Assembly: GCA_043228905.1 (NCBI GenBank)
Contig: JBHGNT010000003.1
Coordinates: forward strand, 372,001 to 436,000
From: Azolla caroliniana
Taxonomy: Eukaryota; Plantae; Polypodiophyta
Length of the DNA stretch: 64,000 bases
Direction: 5' to 3'
Part shown: piece after piece, positions 45,539-56,786 of the stretch
Numbering within the stretch: position 1 is the first letter of the stretch
Layout: every line of letters begins with the position of its first letter
The notes under the pieces: generated by a model
Databases searched by the model: none
The model's input: only the letters and a program-made list of their open reading frames with translations
What the model was told of the DNA's origin: nothing
Program-made: the position numbers and the translations under genes

Positions 45539-45988
45539 GTGGCCACGCAACAAGAAGGACCGGTGAAGCTCGATGTCAAGGCCCTAGTTCGGGAACCGTA
45601 CGAGGTTCTGAAGGCGATGGTCGAAGAGGAGGAGAGATCCGGCATGCAGTCGGACTCCGTAGACTTAGAGCTAGTCGACGTTCCGGACAAGGCAGACATG
45701 GCCCATGCAGAGGCCGAAGAATGGTACCACGGTACCACGGGAGAGGGTGTGGAGCAAGACGCCCTCTCAGCTTGCGAAGAAAGACTGGCCAAGGTGGAGG
45801 TCGGATTTGGAGAGATAACGATCACAGGTTCGGAACGAGACCGGCAGTTTCGGGCGCGGCAGTTTGTCGCATACGCATTATATGAATCATTTCGAAAAGG
45901 TTTTGCTACGATTAATGCGTATGTGAGTTCTGATCTTGTCCTTGGCATTTGTAATAAAGCCGATTGTCACATCGCACCACTCGATTGA
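45539..45988 (+). CDS. Unassigned acidic ORF, probably a fragment of another element
   Basis: 149 open codons from a GTG start with a GC-rich, coding-like first 110 codons; no motif recognised. Confidence 0.25.
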   Translation: MATQQEGPVKLDVKALVREPYEVLKAMVEEEERSGMQSDSVDLELVDVPDKADMAHAEAEEWYHGTTGEGVEQDALSACEERLAKVEVGFGEITITGSERDRQFRARQFVAYALYESFRKGFATINAYVSSDLVLGICNKADCHIAPLD

Positions 45989-48900
45989 TTGCCTCCATGA
46001 GCGACTTCGGTTCTTCAGGGAAAGTTACGAGTAAGTCTTTGACATCATTACATAGGCCATACCGAAACTACTCCATCAATGCTTGGTCTCCCCATGGGAT
46101 ATCAATTGCATGTAAAATGAAATCCACATCATAAGTTGAGGCCAGACGATCTCCTTGATGCAGACTTCAAATTTTATTGATTGTTGTCCTAACACTATAT
46201 GTATCTCCAAAACATGTTTTAAACTCGTTAATAAACTTCTAGAAATTATGTAATCCTTTACATGTTGAAGCTTGTAGACGAATCCAGCTTCACCGAATAG
46301 CAACAAAGAATATGCATAGGTTTAATGGAAAGCTTAATTACACACAAAGAGTGTACGCGTGAGAGACTGAGAGAGCAGAACAACATAAACTCACTTTCAA
46401 AATAATACTCTATAAGACATACAATATGCTCAGTGAGCACTTTTATACAAGTCCTTAAAAGGACAAATAGAAGTACTGACATGTATTTCAATGCTCATAC
46501 AAGCGACTAACACTAACTCCAAGAAATATGCCTACGTACTAGGCTAGGACCGTAGGCCTCTAACGGCCTACCGGTTACAATCCGATCCGGCTCTTGGTTC
46601 CGGATACCAATCTGGATACCTATCCAATTCCCTGTTCCGGATATCGATCCAGCTCTGGCTTATTCAGCTTATCCAAATCCGGTTGAGCTTGTCCGCTCAA
46701 CACTCCCCCTCAGGCTCAACTTGAGGTCGGATTGTGTTGTCAATGTTCACCAGTCCTTTCCTCATGTTCCTCTTGGTCTCCTCCCACCTTGCTCACGCTC
46801 CTCGTCTCGTCCGGTCCCACTTCCCACAACCCATTCGGTTCTGCACTCCTCGACCTTCTTTGTCGGCTTGTTTGCTCAACAGGCCCATCTCAGCTCCTTC
46901 GTTGTTGTGTCTTTGGCGCTTGTCAACCCATCGGTTCCTCCATGTCGGTGTCTGTTAGGATACAGGTCCCTCCGGATGGGAAGTGAGAAGAACAGTGTTG
47001 ATGAGCAATTCGACCGAGGCCGAAACCGGATGTGGAGTACCCGGCAACGGAAGACCCGGTGAGAACCGGATGTGGAGTACCCGGCAAGGAAGACCTATTG
47101 AGATCCGGATGTTGCAGGCCTGGTGAGAACCTCTCACCGGATGAAGGGACATATATGTAAATATGTTTCAGAGAGCCCAATGGGGCTATATTTGTAAATA
47201 GCCCGAAAGTCATATTAGTATATATATGACCTAGGGCAAACTTAATAATTATCATAGAGTTATTGGTGTAACCTCTGTACAGTACATAAGAGAGAGAGAG
47301 AGAGAGCGATATACAGAGATTGTGTCTCTGTTGTAACCGCCCGGTGGCGAAGCGAGGGAGCAAGAGGTCGTTGCCTATGTGCCCCATTGTTGTAATCTTG
47401 ATATAGTGATATTTTGGAGTCTGTGGACTCCTGTGGTTTTTCCCTCTCGGGGTTTTCCACATTAACATCCAGTGCACTCTCTTCTTTACTGTTTCGTGTG
47501 TAGATACATTTCACCACATCCCTATTTTCTGTGATTGATCCGACGTCTCGGTTGTGGCTGAGCATAGCTTAAGGAACCGTATTCCTATCAAACTGGTATC
47601 AGAGCGAGACAACACAGAAAAATGGACGATTCGTTGGGAGGCATGTTCAAGCTCACCGGCTCCAACTATTCAGTGTGGAAGTCGAAGATGAGGGACATGC
47701 TCATGGTTAAAGATCTTTGGTTGCCGGTTCAGTTCGGGGACAAGAGACCGGACAAAATCGATACCACGATATGGGAGGTGATGCACATGAAGACAACGGT
47801 GTACATATGGTGCGTCATTGACATGAGTCTATACAACAACTTCAATGAAGAGAGCAAGGCTCATGAGCTCTGGGAGAAGATCGGCATTATGTTTCAGAAC
47901 AAAAATGTTGTTAATCAGGTTTCGGTATTTCGGAAGCTAGTAAGACTCCGGTACCAAGATGGCTCTAGCATGGCACAGCACATGAATGCCTTCCAGGGGC
48001 TGATACACCAGGCAACATCATTAGAAGTACCTCTCGCCGATGAGGTACTAGCACTACTCCTGCTCGGTTCCCTCCCAAATAGCTGGGAGACATTGGTTGT
48101 CACTTTGGGCAACGCCGGGCCGGAAGGGAAACGGTTATCCCTAGCAAGAGTGAAGTCGAGCTTGCTAGATGAGGAGGCGCGTCGGAAAGACAAGGATACA
48201 AACTCCGACTCCAAAGCGCTCATTACCGAATCGGAACGCGGAAGGCAAAGGAACCGTAGTCCCCAGAACCGGGAAAAGTCAGGGACATGGTCAAAGTCAA
48301 GGGGGAGGCCTACTTGCCTCTATTGCAGCAAGCCGGGACACTTCCACAAGAACTGTCGTCACTTCCGAAAAGACAAGGAAACCGACGGTACCGATTCGAA
48401 GCGGACACTGGACCGAAACGGTAAAGACCGAAGGGGGCCGGACCAGAAGGGAACGACGGCAATCGCGGCAAGTGAAGAAGAGTTGATGCTCATCACCGAG
48501 GAGAGTGAGCTAAACCTTGTCGGCGACGAGACAACGTGGGTGGTCGATTCCGGAGCGTCGTTCCACCTTACCCCGGACCGCAAATGCTTCTCATCCTACA
48601 CAGCCGGTGATCATGGCTGTGTCCGGATGGGGAATGAAGGTACATGCCGAATTGTCAGCATAGGAGACGTGTGGTTGACAACACCAACCGGATGCAAGTT
48701 GCTGCCGAAGGATGTCCGACACGTTCCGGAGGTTCGACTGAACCTGATATCAACTGGTCGGCTAGACGATGAAGGCTACACAGGTAGCCTCCAGAATGGT
48801 GTTATGAAGTTCAGAAAAGGGAGCCTGATTGTGGCTCGGGCCCGGAAGGTCAACACGTTGTACCTAATGAATGCCCGGTTATGCCCGGAAGAAGTGAACG

Positions 48901-50370
48901 TGGCTTTCGACACTGCCGGTGAGCTGTGGCACAAGAGGCTTTGTCACATGAGCGAGAAGGGGATAAGAGGCTTGCAGACGACAACCTCATTCCAGTGAAA
49001 AACGTGCACTTGGAGAAGTGCATTGATTGTCTGGCCAATAAACAAAACCGAACCTCCTTCCGATCGAGGCCATCGATGAGACGTAATGCACCACTGGAGC
49101 TGGTGCATACTGATGTGTGTCAAGTGGACACGAAGTCACATGCCGGATCGCAGTACTTCGTGACATTCATAGATGACCACAGCCGGAAGTTGTGGGCCAC
49201 ACCGTTGAAAATGAAGGATCAGGTGCTATCTGTCTTCAAAGAGCTCCACGCGAGAGTGGAAAGAGAAACCGGCCGGAAGTTGAAGGCGGTTCGAGCAGAT
49301 AACGGAGGAGAATACCGGGGGCAGTTTGAGGAGTACTATCGCTCGATGGGAATCCGGCTCGAATTTACCATGCCGAAGACGCCAGAACTAAACGGGTTGG
49401 CCGAGAGGATGAACGGGACCATAATGGAGAGAGTCCGGAGTATGCTGGCGTATGCAAAATCACCCTCAGTACCCTTAGACGAAGACACGCCACAGAGAGT
49501 TTGGACCGGTAAGGAAGTGTCCTACCGGCATCTGAAGGTATTCGGGTGTCTTGCGTACGTGCATGTAGCTAAGGACCGGAGAGGAAAGTTAGATCCGAAG
49601 GCCAGGCCATGCATATTCCTTGGTTACGACGACGATGAGTTTGGCTACCGAGTGTGGGACCCGGTCGACCAGAAAGTATTCCGGAGTCGAGATATTATCT
49701 TCATGGAGGACAAGACGCTCGCCGACTGGGAGTTGGAGAAGAAGATAATGAACTCTGAGCCAACCAGTAAGGATCGATTCTACGATGAGTAGACCCAACC
49801 GGCAAGAGACCGATTAGCACTCGATGAACCGGCCGGTGACGGTAAGGAGACGAGACAGGCTGAAGAAGAAGGAATAGGTGAAACCGAAACCGGACAAGAC
49901 CCCGAATCGGATTCAGATGAAGAGCAAATGGAAGAGCTAGTTACCGAAGCCCGAGGACGCAGATATCCTCTCAGATAGAGAAGGGGCCCCCGGAGATTTC
50001 CGGATCCAAAGCACGTGTTGCTAACCGATGAGGGGGAGCCAGAAAGCTTCGAGGAAGCTAAAAGTGACACCCATAGCCGCAAATGGTTAAGTGCCATGCA
50101 GGATGAGATGGATTCCCTGCATGAAAACCATACGTACAAACTAGTGGAGTTGCCGAAAGGAAAGCGGGCACTCTGAAACAAGTGGGTGTACAAGTTGAAA
50201 CCGGGAGATGCCGGCAACGCCCCGAGATACAAAGCCAGGATCGTGGTGAAGGGGTTCCAGCAGAAGAAGGGTGTGGACTTCGACGAGATATTTGCCCCGG
50301 TAGTAGAGATGACTTCCATCCGGACGGTGCTGAGTATAGCGGCAAGCATGGACCTCGAGGTAGAGCAGCT

Positions 50371-50691
50371 TAGGGATCGGCAACGGTTCGGTTTAGGCTT
50401 AGCCGGTTTGTCTTGATCCAAGCCAAACCGGCTAAGCCTAAACCGTTTACGAGATCTCAAACTTGAGTCGAGCCGAGCCGAGCCGAGCTCGTTCACAAAC
50501 TGGTTTAGGCTAAACCGGTTTGTGAACCGGTTTGGTAAACGGCTTGTAAACCGGTTTAGAAACCTCCCTCTCTCTCTCTCTCTCTCAGATGATCCACTAT
50601 ATACTATACATTGTACAAGCTCTCCCTCCCACTCTCTCTCACGTCTGTGGTCTCGACTCTCTCTCTCTCTCACTCTCTCACTTCTATGTAA

Positions 50692-50743
<52 letters not shown>

Positions 50744-50791
50744 ATGTAATTCCTCTCTCTCTCCCTCTCTCTCTCTCTCCCTTCTATGTAG

Positions 50792-50836
<45 letters not shown>

Positions 50837-51347
50837 TCTATGTAATTCCTCTCTCTCTCTCTCCCTTCTATGTAGTTCCTCTCTCTCTCTCTCTCTCCCC
50901 TCCCCTCTGTGTAGTCTCTCTCTCTCTCTCCTTATATGTTGTATCCCTCCCTCTCTCTCTCTCTCTCCTTATATGTGTTCTCCCTCCCTCTCTCTCTCTC
51001 TCCACGTCTGTGTAGTTCTCCCTCCGGCACTCTCTCTCTCTCTCTCTCCTTATATGTTGTCTCCCTCCTCTCTCTCTCTCTCCACATCTGTGTAGTTCTC
51101 GCTCCCGCACTCTCTCTCTCTCTCTCTTTCCCCTTGTCTGTTGTCTCTCTCCCCCTCTCTCTAAAGTTTATAAACGGTTTATCTGGCTTAGCCGGCTTGA
51201 GCCGGTTTGGCGAGGCTCAAGCCGAGCCGAGCCGCTAAGCGTTAAGGCAAGTTCAAGCCTAAATCGAGCCAAGCCGAGCCGCTAAGCCGTTTTCAAGCCG
51301 GCAAAGCCAAACGGTTTAGGCTTGAGCCGAGCCGTTGCCGATCCCTA
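50371..51347. mobile_element. hAT-type MITE (977 bp) with a CT-rich core
   Basis: 16-bp TIR tagggatcggcaacgg / ccgttgccgatcccta; 8-bp TSD gagcagct/gagcagtt; subterminal agccg and aaccg repeats. Confidence 0.92.
50563..51161 (+). repeat. Compound (CT)n microsatellite/minisatellite
   Basis: CT runs separated by recurring cttctatgta(a/g)ttc-like spacers. Confidence 0.9.
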
Positions 51348-52513
51348 GAGCAGTTGGACGTGAAGACGGCATTCCTTTACGGTGACCTCGAAGAGGAGAT
51401 CTACATGCAGCAACCAGAAGGATTCGTGGAGAAAGGGAAGGAGCACCTGGTTTGCCGGTTGAAGAAGAGCTTGTACGGACTGAAGCAGGCTCCCCAACAA
51501 TAGTACCGGAAGTTTGACTCCTTCATGACCGACCAAGGGTATCACAAAACGCAAACCGATCACTACGTGTTTGTGAAGAAGTTCGAAGGAGGCGACTTCC
51601 TGATACTCCTTCTGTACGTGGACAACATGTTGACCGTCGGACGGGACCAAGCCAAAATACGGATGTTGAAGAAAGCTCTCAATCGAACCTTCGCAATGAA
51701 AGACTTGGGCCCGGCAAGACAGATACTGGGGATGCACATCATCCGGGACCGGTCAAAGAAGCAATTATGGTTTTCACAGGAGAAATACGTGACAAAGGTG
51801 CTTCAACGGTTCAACATGTTAGAAGCGAAACCGGTCGGATCGACACTCCCGGCAAACTGCAGACTATCCAGTAAGCAAAGCCCGAAGACGAAAGCAGAGA
51901 AGACGGATATGATGAAGGTGCCATATGCCTCTGCCGTCGGGAGCTTAATGTATGCAATGGTGTGTACTCAACCGGATATTGGATACGCAGTCGGAGTGGT
52001 GAGCCGGTTTATGAGAAATCCCGGCAAAGAGCACTAGAACGCGGTCAAATGGATACTCCGATACTTGAAGGGCACTTCGAATATGTGTCTCCGATTCGGC
52101 TCTGGTAAACCTCAACTTGACGGTTTTACCGATTCAGACATGTCGGCTGATGTGGATACCATCTGGTCTACATCCGGGTATGTAATGACATATGCAAGGG
52201 GAGCTGTTTCGTGGCAGTCGAGGCTGTAGAAGACGGTTGCGTTGTCAACCACAGAGGCGGAGTACATGGCGGCTGTGGAAGCCGGCAAGGAAATATTATG
52301 GATGAAGGACTTCATCGGTGAGCTCGGTATCCGGCAAGATGAATACCGGCTCTATGGCGACAGTCAAAGTGCCATCCACCTTGCTAAGAACGCAGCGTAC
52401 CATTCCAGGACAAAGCACATCCAGCGTAAGTATCACTGGATCCGGGAGCGAGTAGAAGATCGAGAGTTCGCACTGACGAAGATCCACACGGCCGAGAATG
52501 GGTCAGATATGCT

Positions 52514-52895
52514 GACCAAAGTACTGATACCCGACAAATTGGATGCATGTCGGAAGCGGATCGGACTAGTAAGACATCCCATGCCGGAGTGAAGGGGGAG
52601 TTTGTTAGGAAACAGGTCCCTCCGGATGGGAAGTGAGAAGAACAGTGTTGATGAGCAATTCGGCCGAGGCCAAAACCAGATGTGGAGTACCCGACAACGG
52701 AAGACCAAAGTACTGATACCCGACAAATTGGATGCATGTCGGAAGCGGATCGGACTAGTAAGACATCCCATGCCAGAGTGAAGGGGGAGTTTGTTAGGAA
52801 ACAGGTCCCTCCGGATGGGAAGTGAGAAGAACAGTGTTGATGAGCAATTCGGCCGAGGCCAAAACCAGATGTGGAGTACCCGACAACGGAAGACC
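52514..52895 (+). repeat. 189-bp tandem duplication spanning the pol end, PPT and LTR start
   Basis: gacc junctions at 52514, 52703 and 52892; two PPT-tgttagg starts at 52603 and 52792. Confidence 0.93.
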
Positions 52896-53715
52896 CGGTG
52901 AGAACCAGATGTGGAGTACCCGACAACGGAAGACCCAGTGAGAACCGGATGTGGAGTACCCGGCAACGGAAGACCCAGTGAGAACCGGATGTGGAGTACT
53001 TGCCAAGGAAGACTCGGTGAGATCCGGATGTTGCAGGCCCGGTGAGAACCTCTCACCGGATGAAAGGATATATATGTAAATATGTTCCAGAGAACCCAAT
53101 GGGGCTATATTTATAAATAGCCCGAAAGTCATATTCGTATATATATGACCTAGGGCAAACTTAATAATTATCATAGAGCTATTGGTGTAACCTCTGTACA
53201 GTACGTAAGAGAGAGAGAGGAGAGAGAGCGATATACAGAGATTGTGTCTCTGTTGTAACCGCCTGGTGGCGAAGCAAGGGAGCAAGAGGTCGTTGCCTCT
53301 GTGCCCCATTGTTGTAATCTTGATATAGTGATAGTTTGGAGTCTATGGACTCCCGTGGTTTTTCCCTCTCAGGGTTTTCCACGTTAACATCCAGTGCACT
53401 CTCTTCTTTACTGTTTCGTGTGTAGATACATTTCACCACATCCCTGTTTTCTGTGATTGATCCGACGTCTCGGTTGTGGCCAAGCATAGCTTAAGGAACC
53501 GTATTCCTATCAGTGTCGACTTCTGCTACCTTCTTGTCTGCATTGCCTTTAACTGGTCTGGCTCCTATGAATCAAATTGTTGAACCAAATCAGTTGCCTC
53601 CGATTCGTTCCCATTCTTGTCCAACTTGGTTGTCTCCAACTCATCCTCGATCTTTAGGCCCTTCACAACATCAGACTAGGTCCAGGTCTTTCCCTTCTTT
53701 TTCCGGCCAGCTCTG

Positions 53716-53966
53716 TGTCAAGAATTGTTCTTGGCCACAACCGAGTTTTCAATTACAAGTGGAAGATTAAATAGAAAGTAGGAACAATGCACTTCCACAG
53801 ACAAACGAGACGACACCAATGTTAATGTGGAAAACCTCAAGAGGCAAAACCACAAGAGTTCTCTAACTCCGAACAAGATCACTATAGAGAATTGGTACAA
53901 CTATGTGAGACTCAGAGGCAATGACCTCGAGCTCTACCTTCGCCAATCAGCACTTACAACAGAAAA

Positions 53967-53997
<31 letters not shown>

Positions 53998-54203
53998 ACA
54001 ACAATAAGAAGGATAACACACATTACAATTATTGCCCTAGTTATATTTATACTTATATAACTTTAGGGCTAATTACAAATATGACCTCAACAGTCACATC
54101 AGAACATATTTACTAATATGCCCTCCATTCTGTCTGGTTCCTTCCTTCGCCTCGTTCGATCTGGCTCATCCGGATCCCATGCGGAGGGACCGGTTTCCCA
54201 ACA
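53716..54203 (-). repeat. Family C-type solo LTR (488 bp)
   Basis: Reverse complement tgttgggaaaccggtccctccg...ctcggttgtggccaag...tgaca; TSD ctctg/ctcta. Confidence 0.85.
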
Positions 54204-54665
54204 CTCTATCGTCGTCGTCACTTGTTCCGAATCTTTCGGATGTGCCAACTTCTTCAATTGACACGACTTCCTTTTTCTTTTTGTCTCCCCATGTTTTAGT
54301 TTCCTTCTCTTCAACTCCTTGTTCAGTGCCATTACCTATTTTCCCGGTTTTTGTTCTAGTTTCGGTTTTGGTGCGGTAGGTCGAGATGTTGGAGCCCAAG
54401 AATCTTCGAAAAATGTTACAACTTGTTTGATCCGAGTGGCTTGGTGAAAATGTCGGCAACTTGCCGATCCATTCGAACATACCGGAGTTTGACTTCACCA
54501 CTCAGGACCCGCTCATTTATGTCGACTGTAAATTTGCCATATTTATTGGCATATCACTTTATTATGGTCCTCATGAGATATTAAAGTTTTATCAGTTTCA
54601 TGGTTGTACTTAGGAGGAGGTAGGTTATTAATGTCTAGGCCATTTGCAAAAGGTCAACTTACCAC

Positions 54666-55230
54666 TAGCAATGGGCTACAGTTTCGGTTCGGTTTGGTTT
54701 CAAGGCAAAGAAACCAAACCAAACCGTTTATGAACTCTCAGTATTTAAACCAAACCATTTAAGAAAAAGTTAAAACCAAACCGTTTAGGGAAAAGTTGAA
54801 ACCAAACCGAACCATTTAATAAAAAATTTAAACCTAACCACTTAAGTCAAACTAGTTAAACATCTAAAGAAACAAAAATACATTAAATTAAATAAGCATT
54901 TAAGTTAATTTTATTAAATCAATAAAAGAAACTTTAATTGAACCATTAAATTAAATAAACATTTAAGTTAAATTAATTAAATCAATAAAAGACCATTAAT
55001 TAAACCATTACATCAATAAACAGTTATTAAGATATAAAAAAATAGGTTAACCAAAAACCTATAAACCTTTAAACCAAACCTGTAAACCTATAAACCTGAG
55101 TTTTAAAACCAAACTGTTTATCGAGAATCCAAACCAAACCAAACCATTAAATTTTTTTGGAACCAATAAACCGTTTAAACCATGGCTTAATGGTTTGGTT
55201 TGGTTTGAGCTGAAATCGTGCCCATTGCTA
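54666..55230. mobile_element. hAT-type MITE (565 bp, AT-rich)
   Basis: 11-bp TIR tagcaatgggc / gcccattgcta; perfect 8-bp TSD cttaccac; many subterminal aaacc motifs. Confidence 0.9.
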
Positions 55231-55830
55231 CTTACCACAATGTTTTACCAAGAGCTAGTATTGTTAGACTCATAGAGTGATCCATATGCCTCGAAATCTT
55301 TACAATAAATCCTATCTTGTGATTGGGTAAGTATCCTATTAATAAAAGCAACAAGTTCATAAAAGTGATTCTACTAACATATGAGGTAAGTGAATTCTAT
55401 TCTAATGATTTCATATGACACTGTTGATTTGCTTCGAAGTTGACGTGATAGCATCATCACCAGGTGTCTCTCTAATTACACCCACATCAAAGGTGGTAGT
55501 CCTCAAGCCCAAACCACCATTGCAGACATGAGGGAATGGGTCACTAATGAGTCGAAGAACCACCCCTTAGCTCGTGCCTCATGGAAGTATGCTTGGTGGC
55601 AATGTCTCTCTAAGAGTGAGACAGATGCATATCCTTGTGTTAGTCTATCTTTGGTTGCCTATGTCATCAAAAATTTACCTAAGCAAGCATTCAAAGTGAC
55701 TCCAAGATATAAATATGATCCAACTACCTCAATTGTTCTATGAGAGAGTGTTAAGACCTGACATTTAATCCTAATCTAAGGAGATGTGTGGAAGATGACA
55801 ACTTTAGTTTTCCCTAGATTCACTACCAAT

Positions 55831-56254
55831 TGTCAGGAATAGTACTAAAGCAGAGATGGAATTAGTACTAAGAAGAACAATACTATTAGTACTAAGAGGA
55901 CGGGACTACGTAAGATTCCCGAGAGAGAGGAAGTGAGAAGAGGAAAGAGAGAGATAGGATGATGACAGCAGCTCTTATATTATATGAAAGATAAGTACAA
56001 ATCGGCTAAGAGGCTTAATATTGGTGTTGTACCAATTCGGTTCAAAACAATGCCTTGTGCCTCCTTTTATAGTGTTTTTAGGAATAATCCTGAAGCTTCT
56101 AGAATGTTCCAGAGAGATCTGGAATATATATCAATTTTCTATGATAAAGCATAAATAAAAATAATATCCTACAAATTACAATTCATAGTCTAATGGTAAG
56201 AGCTCGACCCATGTAGCATAAGGTCATGGGTTCGAGTCTTGCCATATCATGACA
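55831..56254 (-). repeat. Chromovirus 3' LTR (424 bp)
   Basis: Follows PPT aagggggagatag on the minus strand; 5-bp inverted termini TGTCA/TGACA. The left end is inferred from the terminus only. Confidence 0.7.
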
Positions 56255-56265
56255 CTATCTCCCCC

Positions 56266-56461
56266 TTAAAGACGAAGAGTGGAACGAGTCGGCGCTAATT
56301 GCGGACCGGGTTTGTCTGGATACTTTCGGTGGAAATCAGCAAGAAGATCATGTGCATTGGCAACATGCTCGACGGGTTCCCAAGTACGTTCGCTCGGACT
56401 ATAACCGAGCCAATCGACCAAGTAATAAAGTTTGTTGCGAACAAGTTTGGAATCGAGGATG
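56266..56461 (-). pseudogene. Chromodomain C-terminal part of the chromovirus integrase
   Basis: Joined to 62377 it reads [39 protein letters not shown]...FHRKYP, a canonical aromatic-cage chromodomain. Confidence 0.9.
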
Positions 56462-56754
56462 TGTTGAGCGGCAAGCTCAACCGGAGCCGGTAAGCGAGAC
56501 GGATCGGTATGACGGTGAGCAACCGAACCGGCAAGCAGTGGAGGCCGGGTGCAATCCGTAACCGGCAGTCCAATCGGAAGCCTAGAATAGGATAGACTAC
56601 TAGGTATCTATAGTCTCGTAGTAAGTGTCAGATGCTCGTGTGAGCATTGAAATACATGGTACTTCTGTCAATCCCAAGAGGACTTGTATAAATAGTACTA
56701 CTTAGCACAGTGTGCATGGACAGAGTCATTATATTATTTTGAAATTACGTTCTG

Positions 56755-56786
<32 letters not shown>

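Larger units (their letters stand above)
47622..52592 (+). pseudogene. Family C gag-pol (frameshifts, stops, MITE insertion)
   Basis: ORFs 47622, 48926, 50186, 51525 and 52242 are collinear with 30129..34175. Confidence 0.93.
46953..53512 (+). mobile_element. Full-length decayed Ty1/Copia family C element
   Basis: TSD gtgtc/gtgtc; LTRs 46953-47590 and 52792-53512; PBS tggtatcagagc at 47594. Confidence 0.95.
46263..54515 (-). mobile_element. Divergent family D remnant (RNaseH end, extension, 3' LTR 46263-46702) split by two insertions
   Basis: 54370-54515(-) encodes ERVLSGEV...ADIFTKPLGS...QHLDLPH; extension pieces at 54209-54370, 53518-53710 and 46703-46947; PPT gagggggag then tgttgagcgg at 46702. 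Confidence 0.82.

Noticed and set aside
50563-51161. Regularly interspaced CT array as a CRISPR-like locus or Ser/Leu-rich proteins (ORFs 50589, 50936, 49780)
   Set aside because: It is a microsatellite inside a MITE; the ORFs arise because CT repeats contain no stop codons.
55239-55830. Possible gene or TE fragment (ORF 55528..55743)
   Set aside because: I could not recognise any motif, terminus or homology within the window; left unannotated.
56179-56254. Functional tRNA gene
   Set aside because: Acceptor and anticodon stems do not pair convincingly; kept only as a tRNA-like promoter finding.
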